Shown here in pieces: positions 10,190 to 20,569 of a DNA stretch of 20,569 nucleotides. The position numbers were made by a program, and so were the translations under genes. The stretch lies in the NCBI GenBank assembly GCA_008632985.1, contig QPGO01000121.1, positions 248,001-268,569 on the forward strand. The letters are read 5' to 3'. Origin of the DNA: Psammoneis japonica. Taxonomy: Eukaryota. The notes beneath the pieces were generated by a model that worked only from the letters and a program-made list of their open reading frames with translations, ran no database searches and was not told where the DNA came from. Position 1 is the stretch's first letter, and each line of letters opens with the position of its first letter.

Positions 10190-12144
10190 CTCCCCAGTTT
10201 GCTTGAGGGGTCAACAGCAATGGATTCGAAGTCAGATTGGTTGAAAGCCTCGGGGTCGAAGTTCCAAAACATTAAAGGATAAAGGAGGTTCCAGACTTGG
10301 GAGCAACCCCAATGCTTGCTGAGGATGTCAGCCGGGTTGCGGGAACCTTCGACAAAGTGAAACTCGAGGAATCCGGAGGCAATCGCCTCACGCACACGAT
10401 GGAACGAGAGGGCAGTGTGTTGCTTGTGTAACTTGGAGTGCGGGATGATGGCACTGTCCACAACCGACTTGTTGTCCCCAAACATGTGACATGTTTCACG
10501 AATGGGAACGCCAAGGCAATGTAAAGTGATGCGCAGATCAATGATCTGATCGACACATGTCCTTGCGGCAACAAACTTGGATCCATGCATGGCAGTCTCG
10601 ACTGTTGCTTGTTTCTTAGAGAACCAATCAGCCGGAAACTTGTTGAGGAAATGGAGGATGCCAGTGACAGAGCGTCCAGTGAGCATGCAATGGAACAAGC
10701 TCGCATCGACACAGTGCGTGGTGGTGACGAACTTGCCATGTGGCTCGGGTGCATCTTGCGGGAGCAGCTCTTCTACCTCCCCATGTGCAGATTGAGCCCA
10801 ATCGCACACGGGCTTGGGAAGGTCCGAACAGTCGGGCTCCTCGGTGTGCACTCGAAGGGCGCCATGACGCATCTTGGAGAGGAATCCGCAGATGCGTTTG
10901 GCACGGTCCAGGTGGCCTTGATGGGGCGCTGCATGGAAGCTGGACAGGGACATGACAGCTGCAGCAATGTCAATGCGGCCCAGAGACACGGCCCATTGCA
11001 GGGATCCAATCAAGGACTGGAGCTGGTGGATGCCATCCGGTTTGAGCAATTCTGAGGTGTCGAGTTCAGGGTGGTCACCCTTGTCAAGGGGTGAAAGCAC
11101 ATCAGTGCAGGGCTTCTCCCCAAAGAGGCATGTGCAGTTGTCAACCATGCGCTCAATGTGCTTGCGGGGAGCAAGGCACAGGGTGCCGTCTGGGTCACGG
11201 GTGAAGTCGCAGCCAAGATGGAACTCCAATGGTCCAGTGCCCTTGAGCTTGAACTTGCACTTCTCCATGAGGGTGTCTGCAAAAACCTGGGGGTCCTTCA
11301 TGGCGAAGGCCAGGTCATCCACATGCACTGCCACGCATTCGCAGAGGTCACCATTCCTGCGCAGCCAGATGTCAGGTTCGGCCTTGCATGGGAAGAAGCC
11401 TTCGGCACGCAAGCAATTGGCAAAGCATTCATGCCATCTGAGACCGGAGCTGCGGAGTCTGTACAAGGCCTTGTGGATGACGAGGATGTGTCCTTCCAGG
11501 TCGCCAAACTCGGGGCCTGCTGCGATGCACAGTTTCTCCTTGGTCGCAGCTTCAAGGCAGGCATTCCCAATGTCAGTGGCCCAGGTCTCTAGTTCATTGA
11601 GTTTGGCCAGGAAGATCATCATTCGCAGGCCACGGAGGGACACCACTCCGGAATGGACACTGTCGACGGGCACGTCTGTGAGGTGTCCATCGGCGACAAG
11701 CCTTGCTTTGTGCCGTCCGTCATGTTTGATGTCGCAGACGAGATGTGCCCGGATCTTCTTGTGTCCTGATGGAGCACTGGAGTCCTTGTGGTGTCCGCAG
11801 TCGTGAAAGACCTCGCACTCATCAAGTTGGGTCATCTCGAGGTCCGTTGCGTCTCCCCACTTGCGGTTGCCATTGCACTCATCAAGGGCCATGGCATGCT
11901 TGTAGTCCCGTGGTGCTTCATGCCCGCACTTGTGTCGTGGCGCAGCATGAAAGGAGCGTAACTTGGCTTGGTTGGCCATGCGGAACAGCTTCTTCTGACG
12001 AAGTGCCATCTTGCAAAAACATCTCCATCCTTCGGTTTCTAGAAGGCCGTGCTCACGCGCGTAGATGGCACAGGTGATGGGGTCATCCTTGGCAATGATG
12101 GCAAGGGGTTCGGACGTGATCTCCCCACTCTCCCATTCAAGCAT
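10177..12144 (-). pseudogene. pol: Copia reverse transcriptase + RNase H (open frame, RT motif altered to HVDD)
   Basis: 655 aa: KARLVADG, TDIGNACLEA, KALYRLRSSG, VHVDDL, LEFHLG, SLIGSLQW...R.DI, CVDAS...RSVTG, W.SKKQ.TVETA.HGS.FVA, GDNKSV, H.VRE, NPADILSK. Only 4 Tyr. Confidence 0.93.
10190..10195 (-). other. Polypurine tract core (GGGGAG) of the copia element
   Basis: Minus strand AAACTGGGGAG|TGACA at the end of pol, the usual copia PPT/LTR junction. Confidence 0.6.
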
Positions 12145-13150
12145 GACGTTGTAGCTTGAGCCTTTCCAAGAGGGATCATGGGGTCACAATGGTCCTTCGT
12201 GAGATGCGATGTGTCGGAACTTCCAGAGAGTTGAGTCCTCGTCTTCTTGCTCAATGTGGTGCATGATGTCATTGCAGGCCAGGACTTCCTTGCATTCATC
12301 ATTGTTGATGGAGCAAATGAACTTGACCAGTTCAGGATTGCCTCTGATTTTCCAGTCGTGGTCCTCAACGGCTTTGACGATGCGGGCTCTGTGGCGTTGT
12401 CCATCCTCTTGTGGCTTCATGAGGAAGGTGCGTCCCACGACATCCTCGGGGTCAAAGACTGGCATTTTGGGCATCCTGATCGCCTCCCCATCTGGTGAAT
12501 CTGGCAAATTCTCGGAGTCGTGACGGGATTTAATGACAGGGTCAGCAGATTCCTTGTCAGGAGGATCAAGACGCAGGTTTGGAGCAGACGGATCACGGGC
12601 GGAGCGCACGTTGGAACAGCAGAGAATCTTCTGAGTGTCGTCAGAAAGAATCTCAAACGTCATTTGGTGACCAACATGTTTGGCGATGCCAATGAAGCGA
12701 CCACACAATTCACGGGATTCGGGCAGCCAGTCGGAATCATCCAGGTGGCAGAGCACACAGGTTCCCACCATTGAAAGCGGAGGAGCGGGCTGATGTCGGG
12801 AGCAGAGCCGGACAGCACCTCGGTGGGGGCATGCCAGTGGAGCTTGGCGGACGCCGTGTGGTTGAGCACAAAACACACGCACATCAGGGTGAGCAGCCAG
12901 GTGTGAGCCGGGGACCCAAAGCGATCCATGATGGTGTTGGCCATGGTCTTCACAGTTTTGTGGCGGTGTTCAGCAAAATTCTGATGCTGGTGATGGGGCT
13001 CGCTTTGCCAACCAGAGATGAAGAGGGCACGAAGGATGCCAAGAACCTTGTTGCTGATCTCAACCTGAGCACGGTCGCTGATGAGCTTGGACGGGGCACC
13101 GCGATTGCAAATGTTGTCTTTGAGGGTGTTGACAAATTCTTTGTCAGTTT
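12145..13150 (-). pseudogene. pol: Copia integrase core and IN-RT linker, with one frameshift (~12752) and one in-frame TGA (12186-12184)
   Basis: KTDKEFVNTLKDNICNRGAPSKLISDRAQVEISNKV...WQSEPHHQHQNFAEHRHKTVK...PDISPLLRFQWWEPV / HLDD...GRFIGIAKHVGH.MTF...HEGPL*PHDPSWKGSSYNV, continuing in frame into the 655 aa ORF. Confidence 0.9.
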
Positions 13151-13229
13151 TTTTAATTCTGCGATTGCTTGTGCTGAATGTGCCTGCATGTTTTTAGTGC
13201 CACGCTCTCCGCAGAACTGCCGACACACC

Positions 13230-15083
13230 ATGGCGTCTCGTTCCGTCGCTGATGGTGGCCATGCCCCCAACGACAACAATGACATCAACATGGCGGACGA
13301 CATCACTGTTGATCACGCATCCAACAAACCTTCTTCTAAACCGAAAGAGCCTCCCCATGTGGAGATCACCCCACGCTTTGACATTCGTGGCCCGGAGGCG
13401 ACGTGCAAGCCGATGACCCTCACCACCGCTCATCTTCAAGTTTTGCAACAAATCCCATTCACGTGTCACAACGATGTTCAGATCCTGGACAACCACAACA
13501 ACCAGATCACCAATGTCAACATTGCAGAATGGATTGCAACCCTTCAGCACGAACGTCACTTCACGATTTCTGCGACTCGCAGTGGAGAAAAACGCCCTGT
13601 CGTCCACCGCCTGTGCCACCGCATTTTAACCGAAGTCCCCCTTCGAGAGATCCGTTCTCATCCTCATGTTCAGAGCATTTTAGACTCAAACAACATGGGT
13701 TTGAAGCGCCACTGCTGGAATGAGTCAGTGATCGACACGGCGACTCCGGCATGTTACGTCGCTGCCCCATCCAAGCACACTCCAATCGACGAAGCCACCA
13801 AGTTGTTTGCAAAAGATCCAGGCGAATTCAAGTCCAAGATGCCGAAATTTCGTCTCGCACCTACCTCCATTCGTGCCGATAACGATCAATTGGCTCCTCC
13901 CCTTCGCACCGTCACTTGTGCCATCGAAGTGCAACAAGACGATTGCCGCACTGCAGGAAAAACCTTGCTGTGCGCCTCCAACAAGCTGCCGACACACATT
14001 GTCACGGCGAAGACACGGTGCATGTCGCCACTCGCCTTCTATAACACCGTCAAACTCCAAGCTCGTCGCAATCATGATGCTTGCGTGGTTCTGCTGTTGT
14101 GCACCTCCCCGGATGTGATGTTTTATTTGGAAAACCACATCAGGGCCATCTCCGGAGTGAAAGAGATCTGCAAGTCTAGCACCACCCCTGGTCGGTGCAA
14201 TGTGTTGGTCAAACGTACGGATTTCAAAGCTTCCCGTGCTGGTGTCTCTACATGCATCATGGATCAAATTCCAAATGTCCCCAAAGAATCTTGGCCGTCT
14301 CCTCCATTTCCCGATCAACCTCACGTGTCTGGTGTGCTTGACGAGCAGTCCGACACCAGCAAATCCATGGTGTCTGCGAGCATCTGCAGTTTGGAGTCCC
14401 CAACCTTCTCAGATGCATCTCCATTGACGGACACCCAGGCCTCGAGGTCAAACCGTCCTCCTCCTCCGGCACAGTTCACGGGCAGAGGCCATGGTCGTGG
14501 CAGCACCCCTGGTCGAGGCCACTCTCCAAGCCCGTCAGTCCCTCCGCAAATCTTCGCCCCCAGGCCCTCCTTCCAGGCAACTCCTTGCGGACATTCTGGA
14601 CACCCAGGAATCTTGTCCCCTCCGCATTCGTACGCTCAAGCGACTCAGTCGTCTACAAGTTCTTCCCTTGCGTCAGCACAGATGGCGGAAGTACAACAGA
14701 CCCCACCACAAATGCAACAGAAGAACGATGCGGCTCTAGCAGATCTCCGCCGACAGCATTCTCAGGACATGGAAGCTTTGCACAACACCTTTGCCAAACA
14801 ACACTCCCAGGACATGGCCACCATGCAATTTCAGCATTCCCAACAGTTGGCTGCAGTGCAGGAACAAATGAACCAAATTGTTCAACCACTTCAAGCAAAC
14901 CAACCCATTCAGAGTTCAGCCAGAAAACGCCCCAACAACATGGAAACTCCTGAATGCCCTGGCGACCACAAAGAACGGGAGACGGATTTTTGGGCAGGGG
15001 TTGGACTTCGCTGCCTCCACCCCCTCAAGAAATTGGGCGACCTCCTGACATTGTTTCCTCGCCCCACTCACCACTTGCGCTAA
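13230..15083 (+). CDS. LINE ORF1 protein (~617 aa from ATG 13230)
   Basis: 3' part of track ORF 12771-15083; globular N-half, P/S-rich region with GRG repeats, Q-rich coiled coil with three QHSQ repeats (~14750-14850); sits upstream of ORF2. The ancestral stop may have been earlier (e.g. TGG at 14991 from TAG; inference). Confidence 0.7.
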   Translation: MASRSVADGGHAPNDNNDINMADDITVDHASNKPSSKPKEPPHVEITPRFDIRGPEATCKPMTLTTAHLQVLQQIPFTCHNDVQILDNHNNQITNVNIAEWIATLQHERHFTISATRSGEKRPVVHRLCHRILTEVPLREIRSHPHVQSILDSNNMGLKRHCWNESVIDTATPACYVAAPSKHTPIDEATKLFAKDPGEFKSKMPKFRLAPTSIRADNDQLAPPLRTVTCAIEVQQDDCRTAGKTLLCASNKLPTHIVTAKTRCMSPLAFYNTVKLQARRNHDACVVLLLCTSPDVMFYLENHIRAISGVKEICKSSTTPGRCNVLVKRTDFKASRAGVSTCIMDQIPNVPKESWPSPPFPDQPHVSGVLDEQSDTSKSMVSASICSLESPTFSDASPLTDTQASRSNRPPPPAQFTGRGHGRGSTPGRGHSPSPSVPPQIFAPRPSFQATPCGHSGHPGILSPPHSYAQATQSSTSSSLASAQMAEVQQTPPQMQQKNDAALADLRRQHSQDMEALHNTFAKQHSQDMATMQFQHSQQLAAVQEQMNQIVQPLQANQPIQSSARKRPNNMETPECPGDHKERETDFWAGVGLRCLHPLKKLGDLLTLFPRPTHHLR

Positions 15084-15195
15084 CATCAATTTTCCGTCGG
15101 ACTTCACGACACCGGAGTTTTTCCTTCCAAACCAACACCAAGTTGATGCAGTGCTCTAAGCCTCAGTCTTCTCTTCGGAGGAGCATGGCCCAACA

Positions 15196-18100
15196 ATGAG
15201 TCGTTCGCCTTCCACTGAAGATCCAGCTCTTGCTTGGCAGAACATCCTAGATGGACGCAGTTGCCACCCTCCCACAGATCGTCGGATAGATTTTTCTCGA
15301 CTAAAGACCAACGCACCTGTGGGCGACGAACTCCGGCCCAAGCTTTCTCACCACACGCACCTTTATGCCTTCAATGCCAACAGTTGTAAATTCGACAAGC
15401 GTGGCGGTGACATGAACGAGTGCTGTCAACTCGCCTCCGAAATTCAAGCCGATGTCATTGGCATCTCGGAGGTGTGCCTCGACACCACCCAATTTGACAT
15501 TTTATCCATGTGTAGATCTGCCATTTCCAAGTCTTTACATCATGGGCGGTCCACCTTTTCAAGCAGTTCCACCACCTTTGCAACGCAATGCAAACCGGGT
15601 GGAACGGCCTTGTTGTCATGTGGCTCGATTTCTGCTCGCTTCCGGACTCAAGAATCCGACCCGCTCGGCAGGTGGTCAATTCAAGTCTTCGATGGCAGGA
15701 ATGGACGCCAAGTTATGTTTGTCTCTTGCTGTCGAGTTTGCGCTAAGAACCAACAACACCCAGGGAAGACAACGGCGTGCGCTCAACAATTGGCCCTCCT
15801 CCGGCAATTGGGGCGCCGGTCACTCGATCCCAGGAAGGCGTTTTGTGCAGACTTGTCCCGAGTCTTGCAGGATTTTCTGGTGGATTCCAATCGAGAAGTC
15901 ATTGTTTTTGGGGACTTTAACACTGATTTCACCTGTGACACTGACTCTTTGGCTGCCGTTGCCCAGCGCTTCAATTTGTCTGACGTCCTGTTTAACATCA
16001 TGGGCGACACTGAGTTCTCCACATGTGCCAGAGGTTCCCGGCGTCTTGACTACGTGCTGGCCTCTCCTGGCGCTCTTGCTGCAGCTCGCTTCGGTGGACA
16101 TGAAGCCTTTGGATGTCGAGTCACTTCTGATCATCGTGCTTGCTTCGTGGACTTTGACACTGCAGCTCTTTTCGGCAACCCGACTGTCAATTTACCCAAG
16201 GCATCCTTCAGGGACATTCAGGCTACGTCTGAACCACAGCTCACCTCTTGTCTACAGGCAGTCGGCCCAATGATTCAGAGTCGTTCGGCATTGCAACACT
16301 CTTTCCAGCTGCTGGAACTTGACGCTCCAGATCATGCTCTGGCTGAACGGTTGGACCGTGATCTCCTACAGTTCTCTCTTTCCGCTGCCAAGAAATGCCG
16401 AATTCATCGCGAACCCGACTGGTCGGTTGAACTTTCAGACCTGAGGTGCCGGGTGCACATCTTTTCCCGCCTCGCATCCATGATGAGGACAAAATTGGAC
16501 TGCGCATCACAGATTCGAGCAATGCGAGACAAACTGAGTGGATCCTTCACCATCCCCGACACTTTGCAAGGTTGTCAAGAGGCGCTGCGCGCTGCTCAAG
16601 ACGATTGCAAGCAACCAGCGGCTGACAGTGTCGTGCGCTGCGAAAGGGAAGTTTCCGAGAGGACAGCCGCACTCGATCTGGAAGGCACTGAGGAGTCACG
16701 TAAACAGGCAACTGTCTTGTGCAACATCCGCAAGGCAGAAGAGATGAAAAAGCTGTTCAGGAAGATTGACTCATGCCACACTCAGAGGGACACAGGCATT
16801 CAGAGCGTCCAAGTTCCCAGCAATCCTTCCATTCCTCCCAAAGAATGTCAAGATTGGATCGCTGTTGATGCTCCGGAAGAGGCAGCCACTGCTCTCCGTC
16901 AACGCAGTCAAAAACACTTCGGTCAGGCACAAGGCACCCCTCCAACGGCACCTCCGTTGTCCATGGACCTGGGCCATGAAGGTGACACTGTCATGGTGGA
17001 TCTTGTTCTTGATGGTGAGCATGACACGTCGGCTTTGAACAAAGCAACTGCCCTTTTCATCAACCACTTGCGTCGCCATTCCCCAGTCTCTGCACCGAAT
17101 CTTCCATCTGCATCAGATCTCGAAGGAAAAATAAAACGTTGGAAAGAATCCACCTCCACGTCCATTTGCTCCGGCCTCCACCCAGGTCATTGGAAAGCAA
17201 TGTATGCTCCTCATCGGTTCTCAGATGCAACTGATTCCGAAGGCAATCCCACCCCTGAACGTGAGGCCCTCGATGAAGTTCAACAATCCCTCACTCAAAT
17301 CAGGTTGAATCTGCTTAACTGTGCCCTTCGTTGGGGATGCTCCTTTCACCGCTGGCAAGACACTGTCAACGTGATGATCTTTAAAGAGCCAGGCAACAAC
17401 AAGATGCATCGTCTCCGTGTCATCCATGTCTGCGAAGCTGACTTTCAATTAATCTTGAGCATCAAGTGGCGCGCTCTGGCCCAAAACATGGAACACCGCC
17501 GATTGTGCAACTCGGGGATCTGCGGCACTCGCGCCTTCTTAAATGCCAACACTCCTGTGTGCCTTGAAGAACTCATGCTCGAGATTGGCCGTGCCTCCCG
17601 AAAATCCGCCATTCACAGCGATGATGATTGCACATCGTGTTGCGATCGGAATGTTCCCGCTCTGGTTGCAGTTGAGAGCCACAGCAATGGCGTGCCCAAA
17701 GAAGTCACTCAAGTCGCTGACGCTGCCATTCACAAGGCTCGCTGCTGGTTGCGAACGGTGCTGGGCCTGTCACTAACTTCTTGTTCTCACTCTGATGACT
17801 TCCCCATTTGTGGAACAGGACAGGGCAGCGGAAACTCTCCGTTTTGCTGGAACCAAATTTGCAACAGTCTGTTCCAGATCTTCAATCAACGGGCACATGG
17901 TGCATTTTTCGAGTCCCCAGATCACTCCCTCTCGCTGCAGATGTTCAATGGAGGATGTGTCGACGACACGTCCAAGCAGGTGAACGATTTTTGTTCGAGT
18001 CCTCAACCTTGTGTCCTCGATTTGGCTTTCAAGATGCAGGAAGATAATCAACTGTGGTGCGACCTTTTGAACGCGGCTGGCCACGAGTTAGAATTACCCA

Positions 18101-20569
18101 AATGCTCCTTCCACGCTGTCGAATGGATGTTTGCAGAGGACGGCGAACCTTACCTTTGACCCTGCAACGAGGACATTGACATTGAAATCTCTTCTGCAGA
18201 CCGCACCACGACTGGGTCAAGCAAACAATTGTCCGCATGCTCTTCTCACAAGACACTTGGACACTGCAAAGCTCCAGCGGGGACTCAAAAGACCCAGCAC
18301 TCGGCTCTGAAACAAAAGAGTGACGGCATTGCCCTGTTCCTTCGGTCTTGTCCTTTAGATCGACACGAGTCATGGACTCACCATTTTGCTTGTCATCTGT
18401 CTGCAACCACGTGTGTTCTCCCGAACACTCACTTCAAGGAGAAAGAGTTGCTCGAAGTACAGAGGAAGGCCATGCATGCCATTTTTGCCAAATGCGGACA
18501 CAATCGGAACTCGAAACGTGACGTCCTCTTCGGACCTCATTCCCTGGGAGGCGGAGGTTTCAGGTCTTTAGACGTGGAACAGGGTGCAGCGCAGGTTCTG
18601 CAGTTTCTCATCCACTGGCGGGGCTTTGGGCAACCTCAGGTGTTGTCGCGAATCGCTGTGTCGTGGATTCAGTTGCAGCTTGGCACAGGTGTGAGTTTTC
18701 TTCAGGACGTCCATGCCAAGCTCCCTCGTTCCGAATCGAAATGGTTCATGTCCTTGCGTTCATTCTTGGCCCGGATCGATGCCACCATCGATTGTGATCA
18801 CACTGGAGTGCTTCCACTCCAGCGAGACAACGACCAATGCATCATGGACGTTGTGCTTCAATCCCAGGCGTTCAGTGATCGTGAGATGCGGTGGGTCAAC
18901 TGCTGTCGTCTTCATCCAAATGTTTTGACTCTGTCGGATGTTGCCTCTCCGGATGGTTTTTCGCTCGATCCCTTTAAAGTGAACGGCCGATCGTTCCTTC
19001 TCAGCAGTCGCAGCACTCTGAATCCTGTCGAACAACAACGTCCATCCGCTTGGGCATGGAAACAGTGGCGTCGAGCCTGTTCCTTGTTTTGCAAACCAGA
19101 CTCGCTCGATCTACGACACCCTTCAGGTCAACGGGTTGTGCCAGCTACGGAAATGCGCATGACACATGTCGCATGTTACGAATCCTCCGAGGATTGCTTG
19201 TGCATTCGTGGAGATTCGGGTTTCGAGATTTTCCCAGTGCACCAAGGTTGTGCGGAGACTCTCACCGCTCTGGAAAACGTTCCAGATCTTTCCCCAGCCG
19301 CTTCCCCTGTGCCAGCAGATGCGACTACAACCGGTTTGTGGCGGATCAAGTCACTCGGTTCTCCAGCATCCTTGCCAACAGTCCCTCCCGTCCCGAATGA
19401 TTTCTTGGCCATGCTGCGGTCTCTTCCTCGGTGGGAATCTGCTCTGTTCGAAAAATTGCATTTACATTGGTCCACATTTGAAATCGCTGAGCTCCTCGTC
19501 ACCCACAAGGTTTCAGCAGCTAGCGACGGTTCGGTCCTCCATTTCAAAGGTGCATTCGGGTGGACGATTGCGATCGACGGGGTTCCTCTTGTGGATTGTG
19601 CCGGTCCAGTTTTCGGTTTTCGCCCATCGTCTTGTCATGCGGAGGCACACGGTCCACTGTCTTTTCTCCGTTTTCTGATCCGATTGTCAGACTGTTGTTC
19701 TACACAGGTCAGCGGCGCCGATTTGCATTGCGACAATTCCGCTCTCATTCGCACCATCTCGAATTTCCAGGTGATTCCTCATCCTGCCGACGAGGAGGAG
19801 ATCCAAGGAGACTTCCACTGGCGTTTTCACATTGCTGGCACTCTCTCTCCGGATTGGGACATTGTCAATGAGGTCTTCCATTCCCCAAGACAGCTGTCAG
19901 AAGCACGCACTGATGAACTGTCGTGTCCTGCAGTCGAGATTCACTGGGTGAAGGGACACCAAGACGACATTCTTCCCATTGACTCTCTCTCTCAAGCGGC
20001 AAAGTTGAACACACGTGCCGACAGACTCGCTGGACAATTCCAAGGTCGATTTACGGGCGATGCTCTTGCTGCTCCCCGCATGCCTCATTGCCGAGCAAAC
20101 CTGCTTCTTCAAGGAGCCACTGTTTCTTCCAAATGCAAGCCGGTCATCAGATGTCAGGCATCGAGTCCCGCACTGGTTCAGTGCATGAAAGAGAAACACA
20201 GTTGGTCCGACGAAGTGTGTGCATCGATTGATTGGGACGTTCATTCGAAATTGATGTCACAAAACATTCGTCGAAAAGTCAGTGCCGTCAAGCTGGTTCA
20301 AGATCTTCTGCCCACCAACAAGATTGTACACAGATGCAATCCGACACATCCGGACTGTTGCACTCACTGTCAGGACCCCATGGAAGACAGAGATCACATT
20401 CTCCGTTGCCCTCATGATGAAGCCTGGCGCAGAAAATTTTTACAAGGATTGCGCAAGAAGTGCGATGATGTTCACACGTCTCCTTCCTTACGAGACTTGA
20501 CAATTTCGGCTGTTGAAGCATGGTTTCGAGGCGAGCTTTTGCACTCGGAACAATTTCATCACAGCGTCG
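15196..20569 (+). pseudogene. LINE ORF2: AP endonuclease, reverse transcriptase, RNase H, CCHC knuckle; one in-frame TGA at 18157-18159
   Basis: APE: FNAN, DVIGISE, PGGT, DPLGRWS, GDFN, RLDYVL, SDHR. RT: KEPG...LRVIH..EAD, DCTSCCDR, GTGQGSGNSP, GCVDDT, LELPKC. The same frame continues after the TGA with no stop to the window end (manual translation): KTLG, FGP.SLGG, ASDGSV, GAFGW, AEAHG, CDNSAL, DWD, HWVKGHQD, LNTRAD, C.HC....EDRDHILRC. Confidence 0.92.

Larger units (their letters stand above)
9993..13150 (-). mobile_element. Ty1/copia LTR retrotransposon (CoDi-like), 3' half: IN-RT-RNaseH-PPT-3'LTR, interrupted by a LINE
   Basis: Domain order IN-RT-RH is diagnostic of copia; motifs resemble diatom CoDi elements (KLISDRAQVEIS, WQSEPHHQHQNFAE, KHDGRHKARLVA.GH, NPADILSKHW). 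Confidence 0.93.
13151..20569 (+). mobile_element. Non-LTR retrotransposon (LINE, Ambal-like): ORF1 + APE-RT-RNaseH-CCHC ORF2; 3' end beyond the window
   Basis: Copia integrase homology stops abruptly at the T-run 13148-13154, followed by a ~75 bp leader, ORF1 and a >5.3 kb ORF2. An APE+RT+RNase H layout matches the diatom Ambal clade. Confidence 0.9.

Noticed and set aside
10952..11806. 284 aa plus-strand ORF
   Set aside because: Antisense shadow of the copia RT.
12771..15083. 770 aa ORF as a single protein
   Set aside because: The first ~127 codons are antisense copia integrase and the next ~26 are LINE leader, open only because stops are scarce; the plausible start is ATG 13230.
10177..18159. 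Prokaryotic RT system (DGR, retron, group II intron) causing adenine mutagenesis
   Set aside because: The RTs are copia and LINE types; there is no template/variable repeat pair, and changes are window-wide transitions on both strands rather than local A->N.
18157..18159. Programmed readthrough or selenocysteine at the LINE ORF2 TGA
   Set aside because: Most simply CGA->TGA decay, like the copia TGA at 12186-12184; no supporting signal seen.
1..20569. Alternative genetic code (TGY/CAY read as Tyr)
   Set aside because: TpA loss also affects Leu/Val/Ile codons, codon junctions and non-coding DNA, and genuine Cys/His motifs use the same codons.
1..20569. Classical fungal RIP or CpG methylation decay as the sole explanation
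   Set aside because: RIP increases TpA and creates stops; CpG decay cannot turn Tyr codons into Cys/His, and CpG remains abundant in the LINE.

Overview
Eukaryotic repeat-rich DNA, most likely diatom or other stramenopile (CoDi-like copia, Ambal-like LINE), made almost entirely of adjacent and nested transposons; I found no host gene. Left to right: an internally deleted Ty3/gypsy element (1-~2237, minus); an old decayed zone (~2240-9990) holding short tandem duplications, a PIF/Harbinger transposase relic and a probable DIRS/Ngaro-type ORF1 relic; the 3' half of a Ty1/copia element (9993-~13150, minus); and a near-intact LINE (ORF1 plus APE-RT-RNaseH-CCHC ORF2) inserted into the copia integrase and running off the right edge. 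The main signal is mutational: TpA is almost erased and replaced by TpG or CpA (A:T->G:C on both strands). Conserved Tyr become Cys or His, including in both RT active sites (YVDD->HVDD/CVDD), while reading frames stay open. This is the reverse of fungal RIP and suggests a repeat-directed DNA adenine hypermutation system with a TAY-like context preference. All counts are manual; no database searches were run.
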